DNA of 63,819 bases, counting the filler, from Conidiobolus incongruus B7586 (lineage: Eukaryota), in assembly GCA_000697335.1 (NCBI GenBank). It is 7 parts of 7 records of this genome, joined end to end, with 100 filler letters (N's around TTAATTAATTAA, not from the genome) between each part and the next. Parts side by side here need not be neighbours in the genome. Positions count along the whole stretch, not along the records: positions 24,105 to 34,172 come from JNEM01000181.1; positions 34,273 to 44,682 come from JNEM01000182.1; 5 more parts are not named here. The stretch is one strand, 5' to 3'. The position numbers and the translations under genes are program-made. Below are positions 27,397 to 41,190 of the stretch, in pieces (within the stretch, counting starts at the first letter, position 1; every line of letters begins with the position of its first letter). The notes under the pieces were generated by a model that saw nothing but the letters and a program-made list of their open reading frames with translations, was not told the DNA's origin and searched no databases.

Positions 27397-28803
27397 ATGA
27401 ATTCAACAATTTCAAATAATATCGAACAAGTGAATTGGCTGACAATATTTAAGAATGAAGATGTTTATAAATATATAAATCACGAACAATTGGTTGAATT
27501 AAGTGCTACTTGTAAAACTTTAAGACAAAAATTCAAGCCAAGAATGCTTTCCAGTTTGTATATTACACATAGGACAATTAGCAATCGATTTATTAAAATA
27601 TCAGAATTTGACGCTGAATATACTGAAGAATTTCACCAATATATCAAACAAAATAGTCTAAATGTGTCAAGAGTCGTTGTTCAGTTACAGTTGCCTCTTC
27701 ATATGTACCCTCAATTCTTCAGTCATTTCCTTCAGATTCGATCGTTGATTCTCAGTGGTCAAGCTATTTGTATGGTTTTAAATGGTTTAAACACTATATT
27801 AAGTCGACTGGAACTATTATCAGAATTGGAGTTATCCAACATTGGAATTCTCGTTCCTAATAATCTCTCCGAAGATGACAATTACCTTAAACTTCCCACC
27901 ACTTTGAAACGGTTGTGTTTAAATTGCTGTGAATGGATTCAATGTGAAGTGGATCACAGGAATATTATTGAAGGTGATACATATACCAATCCTGGTCCTT
28001 TTCTATTCGCTTCTAACCAGTATTACCCTAATCTCAAAACATTAATATACCATGACTATTGCCATTACTTTGCCGAATTATTGAATAATTTTTTATTGAA
28101 TAACCCTAAATTAACCCATTTGGAACTTGAAGGAGATACTATACATCACGTGAATTTTACTTCATTGACTCAATTACACGAATTGAAAACTATATATTTC
28201 ACCTTTGAGTATGGTTTTTTGAATCTTCAAAGCATTGAATTAAATAGTTATCCCTCAATCCAGCAGCTAGGGTTCAGAGGTTACAGCCTCTTTGGAGTTG
28301 AGCCAAGTATTACCAAAATGTGTTCACTATGTCCCAATGCCGAAATTTTAGTACTCGAATATAATCGTATTGAGTCTTATGGATTGGAAAAAGTTCTGCC
28401 ATTTACACAATTTAAACATCTTATCCTTAAAAATTGCGGAGATGATTATAATTTTATTGATTTTAGTATCACAGATAGTTCTATTAGTCATCTTGAATTA
28501 GTTGATACTAATATTTTTAACCTGGATTTTAACTTATTTAAAGGTTGGAATTCTCTAAAACGAATATCTATAGTGTTATCCGATAAGTATGGAAATAATC
28601 AAACTCAAATGGAATCAGTAATAGATTACAACTTGGAACAAGCTATTGAAGATCTTGATATTAATGAGCTAAAACGACCTATAAATTTAAAAACATTGAA
28701 TAATTACTTAGTTATCCAAAAGGATATTCAAATTTACTTCAATCAATTTACAAATTGGAAATTTTTAATATTTGAGAAATCTATACAATGCTATAAAGTT
28801 TAA
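27397..28803 (+). CDS. F-box-like N-terminus + RNI-like LRR protein, copy 1
   Basis: Intronless 468 aa. N-terminal NWLTIF..YKYI..LVELSATCKTLR, LxxLxL repeats (PNLKTLIY, PKLTHLEL, CPNAEILVL). Paralogous to its neighbours. Confidence 0.8.
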   Translation: MNSTISNNIEQVNWLTIFKNEDVYKYINHEQLVELSATCKTLRQKFKPRMLSSLYITHRTISNRFIKISEFDAEYTEEFHQYIKQNSLNVSRVVVQLQLPLHMYPQFFSHFLQIRSLILSGQAICMVLNGLNTILSRLELLSELELSNIGILVPNNLSEDDNYLKLPTTLKRLCLNCCEWIQCEVDHRNIIEGDTYTNPGPFLFASNQYYPNLKTLIYHDYCHYFAELLNNFLLNNPKLTHLELEGDTIHHVNFTSLTQLHELKTIYFTFEYGFLNLQSIELNSYPSIQQLGFRGYSLFGVEPSITKMCSLCPNAEILVLEYNRIESYGLEKVLPFTQFKHLILKNCGDDYNFIDFSITDSSISHLELVDTNIFNLDFNLFKGWNSLKRISIVLSDKYGNNQTQMESVIDYNLEQAIEDLDINELKRPINLKTLNNYLVIQKDIQIYFNQFTNWKFLIFEKSIQCYKV

Positions 28804-29073
28804 TAATTATTAATGAGTTGTTATGGTATTTAATTACATTTATCTGTTAATTATGTGATTATATTTTTAATTACTAAGCTATTATTTAATAAAATATGAT
28901 TAGGTTCATAATACTTTAAAATAAATATTACTTAAACTTTCATTCAAAATAATAATTTTGAGTTATTAAAAACAAATCCAGGGCTGTTCTTTCATCCCAT
29001 AAAAATCAAATGAACTTGATTTAAATTCAAATCCTTGAATGTGATGTAAGACCATTTCAAAATTCAATAAAAA

Positions 29074-30375
29074 ATGAATTCAACCCAGATTACAAATTTT
29101 GATGAGCGAGATTGGCTTATAGTGTTGAAATTCAAAGAATTAAACCAATACATTGGTAGGAAGGAATACTTTCAAATGAGCATGGCTTGTAAATTATTCC
29201 GTAATTATTTTAGACCTATAATATTATCAAAATTCTATATACGGTCCAGTATAATATTCGATAAATTAAAAAATCTTTTGGATAATGGTCTTTTGGATGA
29301 GTTTATAGAGAGGTTTGAGACATTAGTTGAGCCTTATTCACAATTTGTTACTGATGTTTATGTCTCTTCACTTGATCCAATGTGTCAGTATCATTTATTA
29401 TTCAATCACTTTCATAATATAAGCGTTTTATGTTTAAATCAATTTGAAATTGACCTAACTGTGTTAATCCGAACAATAGGCCAACTTTCCCAACTACAAA
29501 ATATTGAATTTAAGAAAATAATGATTTATATTAATTTTAACCTTACTAGACATGAGAATATGCTACTCCTTCCTTCCACCTTGAAAAATTTTGTTATTGA
29601 CCGTTGCAAATGGCAGAGTATATACGTTGCTGGGGATATCTTCAGGACAATTAGCGAACATAGAGATTTATTCGATTATGGACCTTTTCTACATGCCTCA
29701 AATCAACATCTTCCAAATCTCAAATCTTTTGTATATTTGGCTTCACCTACTTTCATGCATCATCCGTTGAATAATTTTTTATCTAATAATCCCCAGTTGA
29801 AATACCTGCAAGTTGAAGCACAATTTATGAATCTAACGTCCTTCAATTTATTAAAGCAAATGAGACAATTGAAGCAACTTGAACTATATAATAACTATCA
29901 TGGTCTCAGTCTATCGAACATTCAATTGAGTACCTATGAGTCCATTGAATGTTTAACTATAAAGTATAATAACCTCACTGGAAATTGGCCTTACTCTGAA
30001 TTATTATGCTCTCACTGCCCCAATGTCACTCAATTAATTATTCAATATTTTACTGATTATTCTGTCCAATTAATTAGGATTATACAAAGTTTACAAAAGC
30101 TTGAGGTCCTTAATTTGATAAATCGCTATCGATCTAAATATCCTATCAAACTTCCATCAGAAAACCACTCTATCACCCATTTAAAATTAACAGATTTTGA
30201 TCTTTTTTCGGTGAATTTAGCAATATTCGATAAATGGACCGCTTTAATACGTATTTCTATTCATATAACGAATTTCAATGAAATGAACCAATGTGATATA
30301 GATCACCACTTGGAACGATTTAATAGATGGGCTCATGTGATTTACTCTCATTCTATACAATTATTTAAAATTTAA
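29074..30375 (+). CDS. F-box-like N-terminus + RNI-like LRR protein, copy 2
   Basis: Intronless 433 aa. Shares LPSTLK, GPFLxxSNQxxPNL, LNNFLxNNPxL and CPN motifs with copies 1 and 3. Confidence 0.8.
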   Translation: MNSTQITNFDERDWLIVLKFKELNQYIGRKEYFQMSMACKLFRNYFRPIILSKFYIRSSIIFDKLKNLLDNGLLDEFIERFETLVEPYSQFVTDVYVSSLDPMCQYHLLFNHFHNISVLCLNQFEIDLTVLIRTIGQLSQLQNIEFKKIMIYINFNLTRHENMLLLPSTLKNFVIDRCKWQSIYVAGDIFRTISEHRDLFDYGPFLHASNQHLPNLKSFVYLASPTFMHHPLNNFLSNNPQLKYLQVEAQFMNLTSFNLLKQMRQLKQLELYNNYHGLSLSNIQLSTYESIECLTIKYNNLTGNWPYSELLCSHCPNVTQLIIQYFTDYSVQLIRIIQSLQKLEVLNLINRYRSKYPIKLPSENHSITHLKLTDFDLFSVNLAIFDKWTALIRISIHITNFNEMNQCDIDHHLERFNRWAHVIYSHSIQLFKI

Positions 30376-31146
30376 ATTTTATTTTTTATAAACTTGGAAA
30401 TAGATAATTATAAATTTTTATTTCATTTTAACCTATGAGAGGTTTTGAGTAGAGCATTCCAATTTTTATCAAAATATTTAATTCTGTACCTTAAAATAAT
30501 AAGGTGATTATTGAAAATTTATAGTATATAAAAACAAACTTAGTTAATTATAGATCTCAGTATCATACCTTGATAATCATATACTATCAATAATAGATCA
30601 CAAATAGAATAATATCAAACCTATATGATAATTTGATCTGGTTCAAATGGTCATTCCTTTTAGAATAGTTCATATAAATCAATTTGGTTTTAATATTAAA
30701 TATTAAGCCTTAATTAAATCTAGTCATTTTATAACCATAATATCGATCGTTTGAATCTGGATATATATAATATAAAATAAATCGATTAATGAAATATCAA
30801 ATTTTTAGCTTTAATATCATTATCATTATATTTTTCATTAATTAAATATCACAATATGATTACATTGAAATAGAAAATATAAAATTCCATTTTATCAATA
30901 TTAAATAATAAAAATTAAACTAAGTTTTATTATATTTTATTATTGAATTTAAAGTCTAAAACAATATCAATTTAAAAATTAGAGCATTACTTATTAATAT
31001 TATTGTTTCAAATTCGAATGATCATATTTAAGTTGAATGATAAATAGAATTTATCAAGATATAATTGGGACTGTTATTATCCCATAATGATCCAAACAGG
31101 CTAATTACGTTTAATACCATTTGATTTTTTTTTTCAATTAATAAAG

Positions 31147-32483
31147 ATGAGTTTAATACAAGAAACAAATTTAAGTGCAATAGATTGGTTGACAATATTT
31201 AAATTCAAGGAATTGGATCAATATATTAGTACAAAAGAATACTTTCAATTAAGTAAGAGTTCTGTATTATTTCGTAATTATTATAAACCTGTAATATTAT
31301 CGATTTTTTTGTTTCTTACAGTTTGATATTTGATGAATTTAAATTGTTTTTGGATGACAATGATTTTAATAGTTCCATCCATAGATTTGATAGAGTTGTT
31401 GAACACTATTCAGGGATCATTACACATGTTTCTATATCTACACTTGGTTCAATGTGTCAATTCCATTTATTATATCACCATTTTTACAATATTCAATCAC
31501 TAAGCTTAACCGAAATTACAATTGATTTAACGATCTTGATCCAGTTACTTGGCCAAATTTCACAATTGAAAGATATCAACTTTAAGAATTTGATAATTTT
31601 TATAAATTTTAATCTTGATCCAAATGAAAATCAATTAAAATTTCCATCTACTTTAAAATGTTTGATTATTGAGCATTGTGAATGGCGAAGAAAGTACTCA
31701 ATTAGCATTAGTCAAAGAGCGATCGATGAAAATAGGCAATTATTCAATTTTGGACCATTCCTACACCCATCTAATCAACCCCTTCCCAATCTCAAAAAGT
31801 TGAAGTATTTGGCTTCACCTTATATTTTTCACCAACTGCTGAATAATTTTCTATCGAATAGTCCTCAATTGGAAATTTTGATAGTTGAAGCGCAGTTGAT
31901 GAATCAAACAACTTTCCAATTATTTTACCAAATGCATTATTTACAGCAGCTTGGTTTCCATAACAGCTATATTGGACTTGATTTATCTAACATTATACTC
32001 TATACTTATGAATCAATTCAATATTTAACTATTCAATACCAAAACCTCACAAGAAATTGGCCCAATTCACAATTAATATGTGCTCACTGTCCCAACGTCA
32101 CTCATTTAGCTATTGAATACTATAGGACATATTCGACCGAAATGAAACTTATTTTATCTTGTTTCAACAAGCTCAAAAAGCTCACTATGATAGATCTACA
32201 TCGTTCCAAAAATTCTATTCCCTTACTCATTTGCAATAGTACCATATCCCATTTAAAATTAATCAATTTTGATCTCTTCACAGTTGATTTGAGCATATTC
32301 AAAAATTGGACTGCTTTAAACCATATTTGCATTGAGGTTCCAAATATTCAAGAAATAGATAAATATGAAATTGAATACTATTTCTGGAAGTTTGGCGATT
32401 GGCAGTACTTAGTTTGGGAAGATAGGATTCGGTTTTATAAAGCTCAAAAAACACTTTTGCAATCTGCAGAAAACCACCAGTAA
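31147..32483 (+). CDS. F-box-like/LRR protein, copy 3, with a 1-nt deletion frameshift in a T7 run
   Basis: ATG 31147 MSLIQETNLSAIDWLTIFKFKELDQY aligns to copy 2. One base is missing at the T-run 31304-31310; restoring it joins the N-terminus to ORF 31323-32483. Confidence 0.75.
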
Positions 32484-34138
32484 ACTCATGTTAATATTAG
32501 TAGCATTTCACCTTTAGCTACCAATATTCTTTATCTGTTGTATATTTTTGTAAATTTCGCTGTATTCATTCCATTTTAACCTCTAAGTTATCAATTGTCA
32601 AAGATTTTAAATTCATTTTCTATTATATATACCCTTTCACATTTCTTTTAATATCATAAATATATGTAATCAAAATAGCGCATTTTACAGGTTTTTCATT
32701 GTATAATTATATATCAATATTTGTATGCATTGCGTATTACCAGAAAATATTAAAACAATTTCTATAAACTATAAATCATGTAATAATTTAACTATCACTC
32801 TTCTCCATAAATCTTATTTATTCAACTTTTTCTATTCACTAAATCTCTCTGTTTCTCTTTATCATAATTTTTGATCTCATTCAAGCCTTAAATATGGATC
32901 TTTATACAATTATTTCGTCTCTCATATCATTATATAAGCAATATTTTGTTCATCTCTATGAAGGATATGATTTTTAAAAGTAATAATAATAATAATAACC
33001 ACAGTAAATTCAAGTGAAAACTATTCTCAAAATTAATTTCAAATTATTTTTAATTTAATGATTAAGTCAAAGTCAAAATAATTCTTAAATCTATAGAATG
33101 GGATCAAAATAATCAATTCAAATTAAAACCTAATAACTGATAGCATAACAATGTTTCACATTGTTAAAATTAAAAACCATTAAATAATCCATTTTAAATT
33201 TACTAATAGAAGTATGATTAATATTTTTAAAATATTTAATAAGTAACTTTCATTCAAATATTATCATTTTTAGTTAAATATTAATAAATATGCTGATTAT
33301 TTTAATATAAATTATTAATAAATTAAGGAAGTTTGATTATATTGACTATTATTATTCATCTAGCATTAAAATTAAATAAATTTAAATTTATTTGTACATA
33401 AATTTAATATTGGCAAAAATTGTATAATTTTAATTAAAAAAATGTTTAATATATGATATAAAGATTGATATAGAATAAAATCAATACCTATTCTTATTTT
33501 TAATCTCTTATTGCTATACTTTAGGCAGCTTTTTGCATTCAAAAAATATTTTCTATCAAAGACTGAATAATAATATTTTATAAATTAATTAAATTAGTTT
33601 ATGAATTTTTCTTCTTTATAAACTAATTATTTAAATATATAATAAAATTATAATCATATATGTTATAATATAGTAAATATAAAAGATATGGCGTTCGATT
33701 TTAATTATTCTATATAGGAAATCATTTATAACTTGGACTTAATTTAATTTATATTTTATTTCAAAAATATTTGATATTTTTAATATATAATATCAATAAT
33801 ATATAATTTAATATTAATTCATTTAAATTTCAAAATTTTATATAAACTTATAATTTTATAATTTAGGATAATAATTAATATTTGCTTATAAATTATACTT
33901 AATTATTAGTTTTTATAAACATGTATTTCAACTCAATATTTTATTTTATTTTAAAATAAAAGTATATATAAGACGATATTAAATATATAAATTAAAAAAA
34001 TAATCATAGGAGTATGTATTTTTTATAATATATTAATCAAACTTTATGGTTATAATTAGTTTAATCTTTAGTTCAATATTTATTTTTTTATAATATATTT
34101 TATTTCTTTTTATTTATCAGACCAGATTTAAACCAAAG

Positions 34139-34172
<34 letters not shown>

Positions 34173-34272
34173 NNNNNNNNNNNNNNNNNNNNNNNNNNNN
34201 NNNNNNNNNNNNNNNNTTAATTAATTAANNNNNNNNNNNNNNNNNNNNNNNNNNNNNNNNNNNNNNNNNNNN
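34173..34272. other. Assembly linker (preceded by a (TA)n microsatellite)
   Basis: N44-TTAATTAATTAA-N44; (TA)n at ~34146-34172. Confidence 0.97.
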
Positions 34273-37200
34273 AAATAATAAAAATAAATTTATATATATA
34301 GTTAGATATTTATAGTATCTAAAATAATTAAAAGATTTTTTAATATAATTTGCTATTTTAAATAAAATAAAACTATATCTAAAATATTTTAAAATTGAAA
34401 GTTTTATTATTGAATATATTAAAAAGTTATTTTTAACCTATTAATATTTATATATTAATTATTTTATTAATAATTTTATAAGCTAATGAAATTTGAATAT
34501 ATTTTGAAAAATTAAATATAATATGATTATAAATAAAGCCAATTTTAATATAATTGAATTGTTTAAAAGTTTAAATAAATTACTTTATAATATTTATATT
34601 TGAAAATAATAATTGTTTTCATGATTTATTAAACAAATATAAATAATTTTTCAAATAAAATATAAATTAAAAGAATATTAAGTATGAAAGGAATCTTTTC
34701 AAAAAATACATTAAAATTTAATTTGATTAGTGTTTGTTTGATTGATAAAATAAGAAGTGTAATATATAAGGATTTATGTTTATTTTTATATAAAAGTTAA
34801 CTTTAATGAAACTGAATAAAAATGACAAAATTGAAATAAAACTCTGTGAATTAATATAATTAAATAAATTTTGGTTAATGAATTATTATAATTAGATGCA
34901 CAAAGAATAAAACTAAGAAACTTTTCTAGATTCCATCAATATATATAAATATATGAGACTAAGAATATAATCAAAATAATTTGATACAAACAAATTTTTA
35001 TACATTAATTTTTCCACTAATTTAAAATATTAAATTAATGAAAAATCTAGATCTCGCTTTATTATACCAAGAATGATATATTATGCAACTTCAAAATTGC
35101 ATAACTTTGTCAGTTTCAAAGTTAACTTAATATATTGACATTTTCTAAATCAGCTGAAAATATCAGGAATCAATATTTCTGAATAGTTTTGGATATTATA
35201 TAAAAATAATGTATGTTTATAGTTATTAGGAAATATTCACAAATTTAAAGATTGATATTCAATTTTGTAATTTATTTAACGATTAAATTTTTATAATGGT
35301 TTGATTACTCAAATCAAAAGTTTGGTATTATCATTACATATCTCCCTTAACTTGAATATTCTGTACAGTTATTGCCTTTTTAATATATACTGAAGATTTT
35401 AATTATCAGTAAAAATGATGCTTCAATAATACTTTTTGACAAAGAACAATTTTAACAAAATGTTATATTATGCCAACGTAGTTGAGTTTGAGTTTGAGTT
35501 TGAGTGTGAGCTAAAAGCTCTAAAGTTGCTGATTCAATCGTAAGTTTAAGTTAGAGATAAATATCGAATCGTTAAATTTTAATCATTAACAATGAAATTA
35601 TAGCTTTTAATTGTTCCCAATTAACCAATTTTAGTTCTTTTCTAATATTAGAAAAATTATCCAAATTATCAAAATTTGTGTGATAAGAGTAATTCTTAAT
35701 AACGTATTGCGATTTATTAACAAATTTTTTATGTTGATACAATCAAATATATTAAAACTGATATCGAGGGAATCAATTATAATTCTAATTAGAGAATATA
35801 AATTATATATATAGTATTTTAATATTATATATCAATATTATAGGTTAAACCAATAAGAATTCAATATTAAAATTGAATATTTGAAAAAAAAATACAATCT
35901 ACATGATAATTTGATACAGTTCAAAAAAATAATTTTTTTGTTAGAATAACATACCTAGAAATTGTTTAATTAATTAAATATTATGATTTAAAAAAAATCA
36001 AATATTTCAATATATTTCTTTTATATTACTAAATATTAAATTTTTGTTTAATATATATTGAATTTGAATACATTAATATTATAATTTTATTTCAACTCAA
36101 AATTAACTTTTCTGTTTTAATAAAAATATTATCATTATTCATTATCTGCGAATTAATCAATATAATATAATTGACTAAATTCAAATCAATGTTCCTAATA
36201 TAAGGTTTTCATGGTTTTAATAAAAAATGTTTGGTATTTTGAATCCAAAAACATTTAATTAATTTCATTTTAAATCAATGACAATCGTGTAAGAAATTCA
36301 ATTTAATTAATTAATTGAGCTTTATCTAATAGAATTCCAATATAAATTGCCTAGAATTTAAATTGATAGATTCAAATTTAATGGTTAAAATAAATTTTAA
36401 ACACAGGATTATAAAAATTGGCATTAATTGAATTGGTAATATTTTATATTAGGAATTCTAGATTTATATTAAATATATGTAAAAATGCATTAAATTAATG
36501 TATGATTGTTCACCTCTAAATTTCTCTTAACTTGCCAAAATATGGAGATAGAGATTAATTTAATCCGAAATGAAATCAGTTATTACGGTGAGCTGTCCGA
36601 TTTGACTTAACTACCAAAATCAACACCAAATTTACAAATTTTCGGAATCAAGATTCCTAATATTAATGAGAGAACTAATTTGATATCTGAACACTTAGAC
36701 TAATGTCAAACTTTTAAAATTTACTATTGATAATAGTTTTTATTATTTATGATATAAGAGATCTTTAAAGAATAACAATATAACAATTCCCAATTTTGAT
36801 ATATTTAAAAAATATTTTTTAATAACTACAAATTTGAACCTTTTAATTGAGACACTTGCCAAACCCGAGATATTGTAGATTTTGGTAACTATAAACAAAA
36901 AATGAAACTAATCAAAAATTTATTTTATGCAAATGGAAGCTTAATCGCATATTATTATAAATAGTCAATAATTAATTAGCACCTTATAATTTAAAATAAT
37001 TAAATATATTAATATTTTTGGGTTAATTTTTAATCAAATACCGAGCTTTATTGACTTTAATTTATATTAGGTTTTAGATATAATGATTATTAATATAAAC
37101 CAATTTAACTAAATTCAAGTTAAAATAATATGATAATTAATAGTAAAAATCAATTTACTATATTAATAATTTATTAAATATGGTATCGTTTTATAATTTT

Positions 37201-39250
37201 TAAAATATTATATAAATTGAATATTGATTCAATTTAATATATACTATACAAATAATATAAATTTAAATTTTTCAATATATTAACAATAGTTGATCAACTA
37301 GTAGTTGAGGGATTTATCAACTGCGGGATATTTACCTTTTAAATTAAAGCAAATTAGAATTGATTTTATATATTATGGTCACGAGATTAATTTATATTGA
37401 TTAAATTACTTATTAAAGTATTAATTTATCTAATATTTTCATATTTGTTAAAATGAAAATTTAATTGAGATTTAATTTAATAATTTGGTCAAACTTGAAA
37501 ATTTATTTTTATTTTTATATTTTTAATTTTTAATCAATTTTTGAGATTATTACCATAAATTATTTGATAAATTAAGATAAAAATATTGTTGTTAAGCTCA
37601 ATAAATTAATAATAGTATTAAAAGTAGTAACGGTTTGATAAAATAATTTTTTAATATGATTGAGTTAAATTAAATTCAATATATATATCTTGATAACAAT
37701 AATTGTAATTTTACTTAATCAGTAAGACTTAAATTGATGAATTTACCATATTAATGTAATACCTGGTATTGTTCTAATATTTTTTTAACAATGGATATTA
37801 TTTCCATTTTTAACCCTCATTTGATTAATGAATTGGAAATAAATTGTTTCAATTTAAATTAATGATTCTAGAATGAAGTTTTCCCAATTAGGTCATGCCC
37901 TTGAATTTGATCCTCTTTTTTAAATTTTTTGTTTGAAAATCCATCTTTACCTCAATTTATCATACCTTTCGCTTTATATTTGATAATAAAGAGTGATGAT
38001 AGAAGCCAAATAAATTGATTTTAATGAGTTAAAGCCTGGATCAAGAATGATTTAAATTAAACTTTTTCTTGCCAGATGATCTTGATAAAGCTTAATTTAA
38101 GTAATTTAATTTAACTAAAAAATTTTCACAACCCTTTTTAATTATTTATAGCTTCAATAGTAAAATAAATTAAATTAGTTGAATTATGCTTTATATATTT
38201 ATGATCCTTTTTAGTTTCATGATGATTAACCGCCTTATTAGCATCTCTAAAGATTTTCGTTACTTATTTCCATTTATATTAGTGGTTAATCATAATTGTA
38301 ATTTCTCAACAAATTCCATTTATGCATTAAATCAATATATTAATTCATTTTTACTGTGTCTAAAAATATATTATTATTATTATTACATGATAACTTAAAT
38401 TTATTATTAATAGAATTGTATTATAATTATTAATTGCAATTTAATAATTGCTCAATCAATATTTTAATATTTGTTCTCATTGTTGAACACCAATTCCCGT
38501 TCAAACTAAAAAAGATATAGTAATTAATTAGGTCAAGTGCAGATATTTATTAAATACTGTAATTTGAATACTTATTAATCAAAAATTGTTTATCAAATAA
38601 ATCAATGATAAGTTTAAATAATTTATATATTTTTAACTAAAGTATTCTAGTTTAATTGATAGATTTTATCATCAGAAATTAGAATTTTTTAATCTAACTT
38701 GAAATTGAGCGAAATGTAAATATAGATACTAATGATTTATAGCAATATATTGAAATAATCGAAATTTTGTTTATTTAATTTTCAATTGATAAAACTAAGT
38801 TTGAAAATTTAAATAAACTAAGAGGAAAGTTTATAACTAATTTTCATTTGATTTTTTACTGATTTTCATATATTTAAACCTTTCATCATGAATGCTAAAA
38901 TAATAACTTTCACAATCATTGAAACAATTTAATGTTTCTTATAGAGTGGTATGCTTTAACAATACTTTTAAACAGCCATAACCTTCCACTCTTCTAGATT
39001 TTCCAAAATAGAATTGGCACCCGATTGGATAATTTTAAATTAGAATTTAAATTGATTTTGGTCCGATAATTAAATTATAGGGCATCACCTAATTTGGAAA
39101 CAACTAATTTACCCATCATTTGGAGCTTAATTAAACAGATTTTGGCCAATAAAATATATTTATTATCATCTCCAAATCATTATCAACTTTTAACCAATCA
39201 AATTCTTTCGGCTTTCCAAAATAATCGAAGCCCTGTAAATGTAAAGAGGG

Positions 39251-39258
39251 TATAAATA
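39251..39258 (+). promoter_or_regulatory. TATA box of the homeobox gene
   Basis: TATAAATA about 110 nt upstream of ATG 39364, with CCAAT boxes at ~39146 and ~39194. Confidence 0.55.
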
Positions 39259-39363
39259 GGGTTCACTTCCATCACTTTTAATTAGTTTTTCTATCTTATC
39301 AAATTATTACCGCCCAAACCAAGTGGTTTACTTTTTATATTCTAACATTATTTTTGTCACAAA

Positions 39364-39780
39364 ATGACTATTACAAGACGCGTTAGAGGGAACAGTTGGC
39401 AGATCAACAGATTGTTTGAATTCTACGAAAGGTGTCCTAGACCTACACGGGCTCAAGTACATCAATTATCTTTGGAGTTGGATATGCCAGTCAAATCTAT
39501 TAGAATATGGTTTCAAAATCATCGCTCCAAGCAAGGCGCTCATTACATAACAAGAAATCACCACAATCATCACCATCAATCAGATCCTATTATCTCGCCC
39601 AATCAAGACTACGTTTCAATTATGCCAAGAGGACAAGGGAGTTCACCTACCTTATCGGAATTCGGCGACATCCCCTACACACCCGAAAATCTTCCTATCC
39701 CGCCCGAAAGAGATCTTAACTGTATGAAACTATCCTTTATCCTCTGTTCATCATCAAGTTCACCCTCACCAACACATTAA
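39364..39780 (+). CDS. Small homeodomain transcription factor
   Basis: RRVR..WQINRLFEFYERCPRPTRAQVHQLSLELDMPVKSIRIWFQNHRSK: three-helix spacing and a WFQN recognition helix. Intronless, 138 aa. Confidence 0.9.
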   Translation: MTITRRVRGNSWQINRLFEFYERCPRPTRAQVHQLSLELDMPVKSIRIWFQNHRSKQGAHYITRNHHNHHHQSDPIISPNQDYVSIMPRGQGSSPTLSEFGDIPYTPENLPIPPERDLNCMKLSFILCSSSSSPSPTH

Positions 39781-41005
39781 TTACTGATCCTATTTTGGAT
39801 TAATTATTAATCATATTCTCTCCAGCTATTTAATTTTTTTCCACCTGTTACGAATTATATTGTATTGCATCCATCCTAGTTGTATATGGAGAAGCTTACT
39901 AAAAATTGTATATATTACCAATTGTTCAAATCTGATTGGAGTTTGGAGCAATTTCTAATGACTAAACGAACAATCTTCCGTTTTATTCTTTTGCCTGAAG
40001 TTCTTATCAAATAAGTTATTTTTATTTTGATGTGCTAGAATCTGATTTGATCAAGTTGGCTATTTTGCGCATTATCAATCATTTTAAGTTAAAATCTATT
40101 TTGCACAAATTGTCCATATTTTAAAATAACATTTTATTATTAAAAAATAAATTTTAAAATATATTTAATGAATTCAATATTTTATTTTTAAATTGATAAT
40201 AATAGTTAATGAATGAAATCATTGAATGATGATGTATTGATTGGATTACCATTTATGAGATAATTTCAATTTGCTAATTCACAATGATTTGATAATTGAA
40301 TATACTTTTTTGATTTGATGATTACTAATGATTTAATCATAGTGATTTTATCCATATACTTATATTGATTAAATATATTGATTTCATTTTAGTCTAATGA
40401 TGAATACATTTTTATACATGAATTTGGAAATTAAAGAATTACTTTTAAATACTCTATATATGAAATTGATAGTGTTTATTAATATTTTTGATCACAAATG
40501 AAAATCACATTAGTCCAGTATATATTTATATCATTTTTGATTATTATATATACTAATGAGAACCTGAACCCGTTTCTACTATTAATATAAAACCTAATTT
40601 AATTGTCATAATTAACTAAATTATTTTCACAATTTAGAGAGTTTATTAAATGAAATATAGTGTTAATTATTAAAATAACTAATCTTTATTAAAAATTAGA
40701 TTTATTTGATAACAATCGGAATAAATTTTGAATAATAATTTAGAGATTTCTAGATTAATCATGTTTTTTATTAATTGATTTGAAATCAAAAATTAATAAA
40801 TTTCTAAATTCTATTAATAAGAATCATTTGATTTTTAAAAATTGATTTTAAACAAAAAAAATTCAATTCCATATTTAGTAACCGACGGAATGTTTAACCA
40901 AAAATGGAAATTAAGTTAAATCTAATTAAGACCCATAATAATTCATCCGATCCAATAATGGAAATTGTAGTATAAATTTAACAATTGATTTTAACATTTT
41001 TCCTT

Positions 41006-41190
41006 ATCCTCTCTTGCCTTTTGGCTAAGATCAAGTGTAGTATCTGTTCTTTTCAGAATAATTTCTGAAATGAGTCCTACGGGACTCGGAAATTATTTTT
41101 ATTTTTGTACCTTGGAGGGAGCGCCTCTGCTTGCATGCTCTCCTTCCACAGGTGTCCCTAGTATTGCAGTACCTCTAGGTGACGCCGAGC
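41006..41190 (+). ncRNA. U2: U2 spliceosomal snRNA
   Basis: ATCCTCTCTTGCCTTTTGGCTAAGATCAAGTGTAGTATCTGTTCTT (stem I and the GTAGTA branch-point recognition sequence), stems IIa/IIb, Sm site ATTTTTG, stem-loop IV loop TATTGCAGTAC. Confidence 0.96.

Noticed and set aside
35050..35760. Further decayed LRR-like gene on the minus strand, including a (GAGTTT)n repeat
   Set aside because: Short protein-like runs only; none of the family anchor motifs could be aligned.
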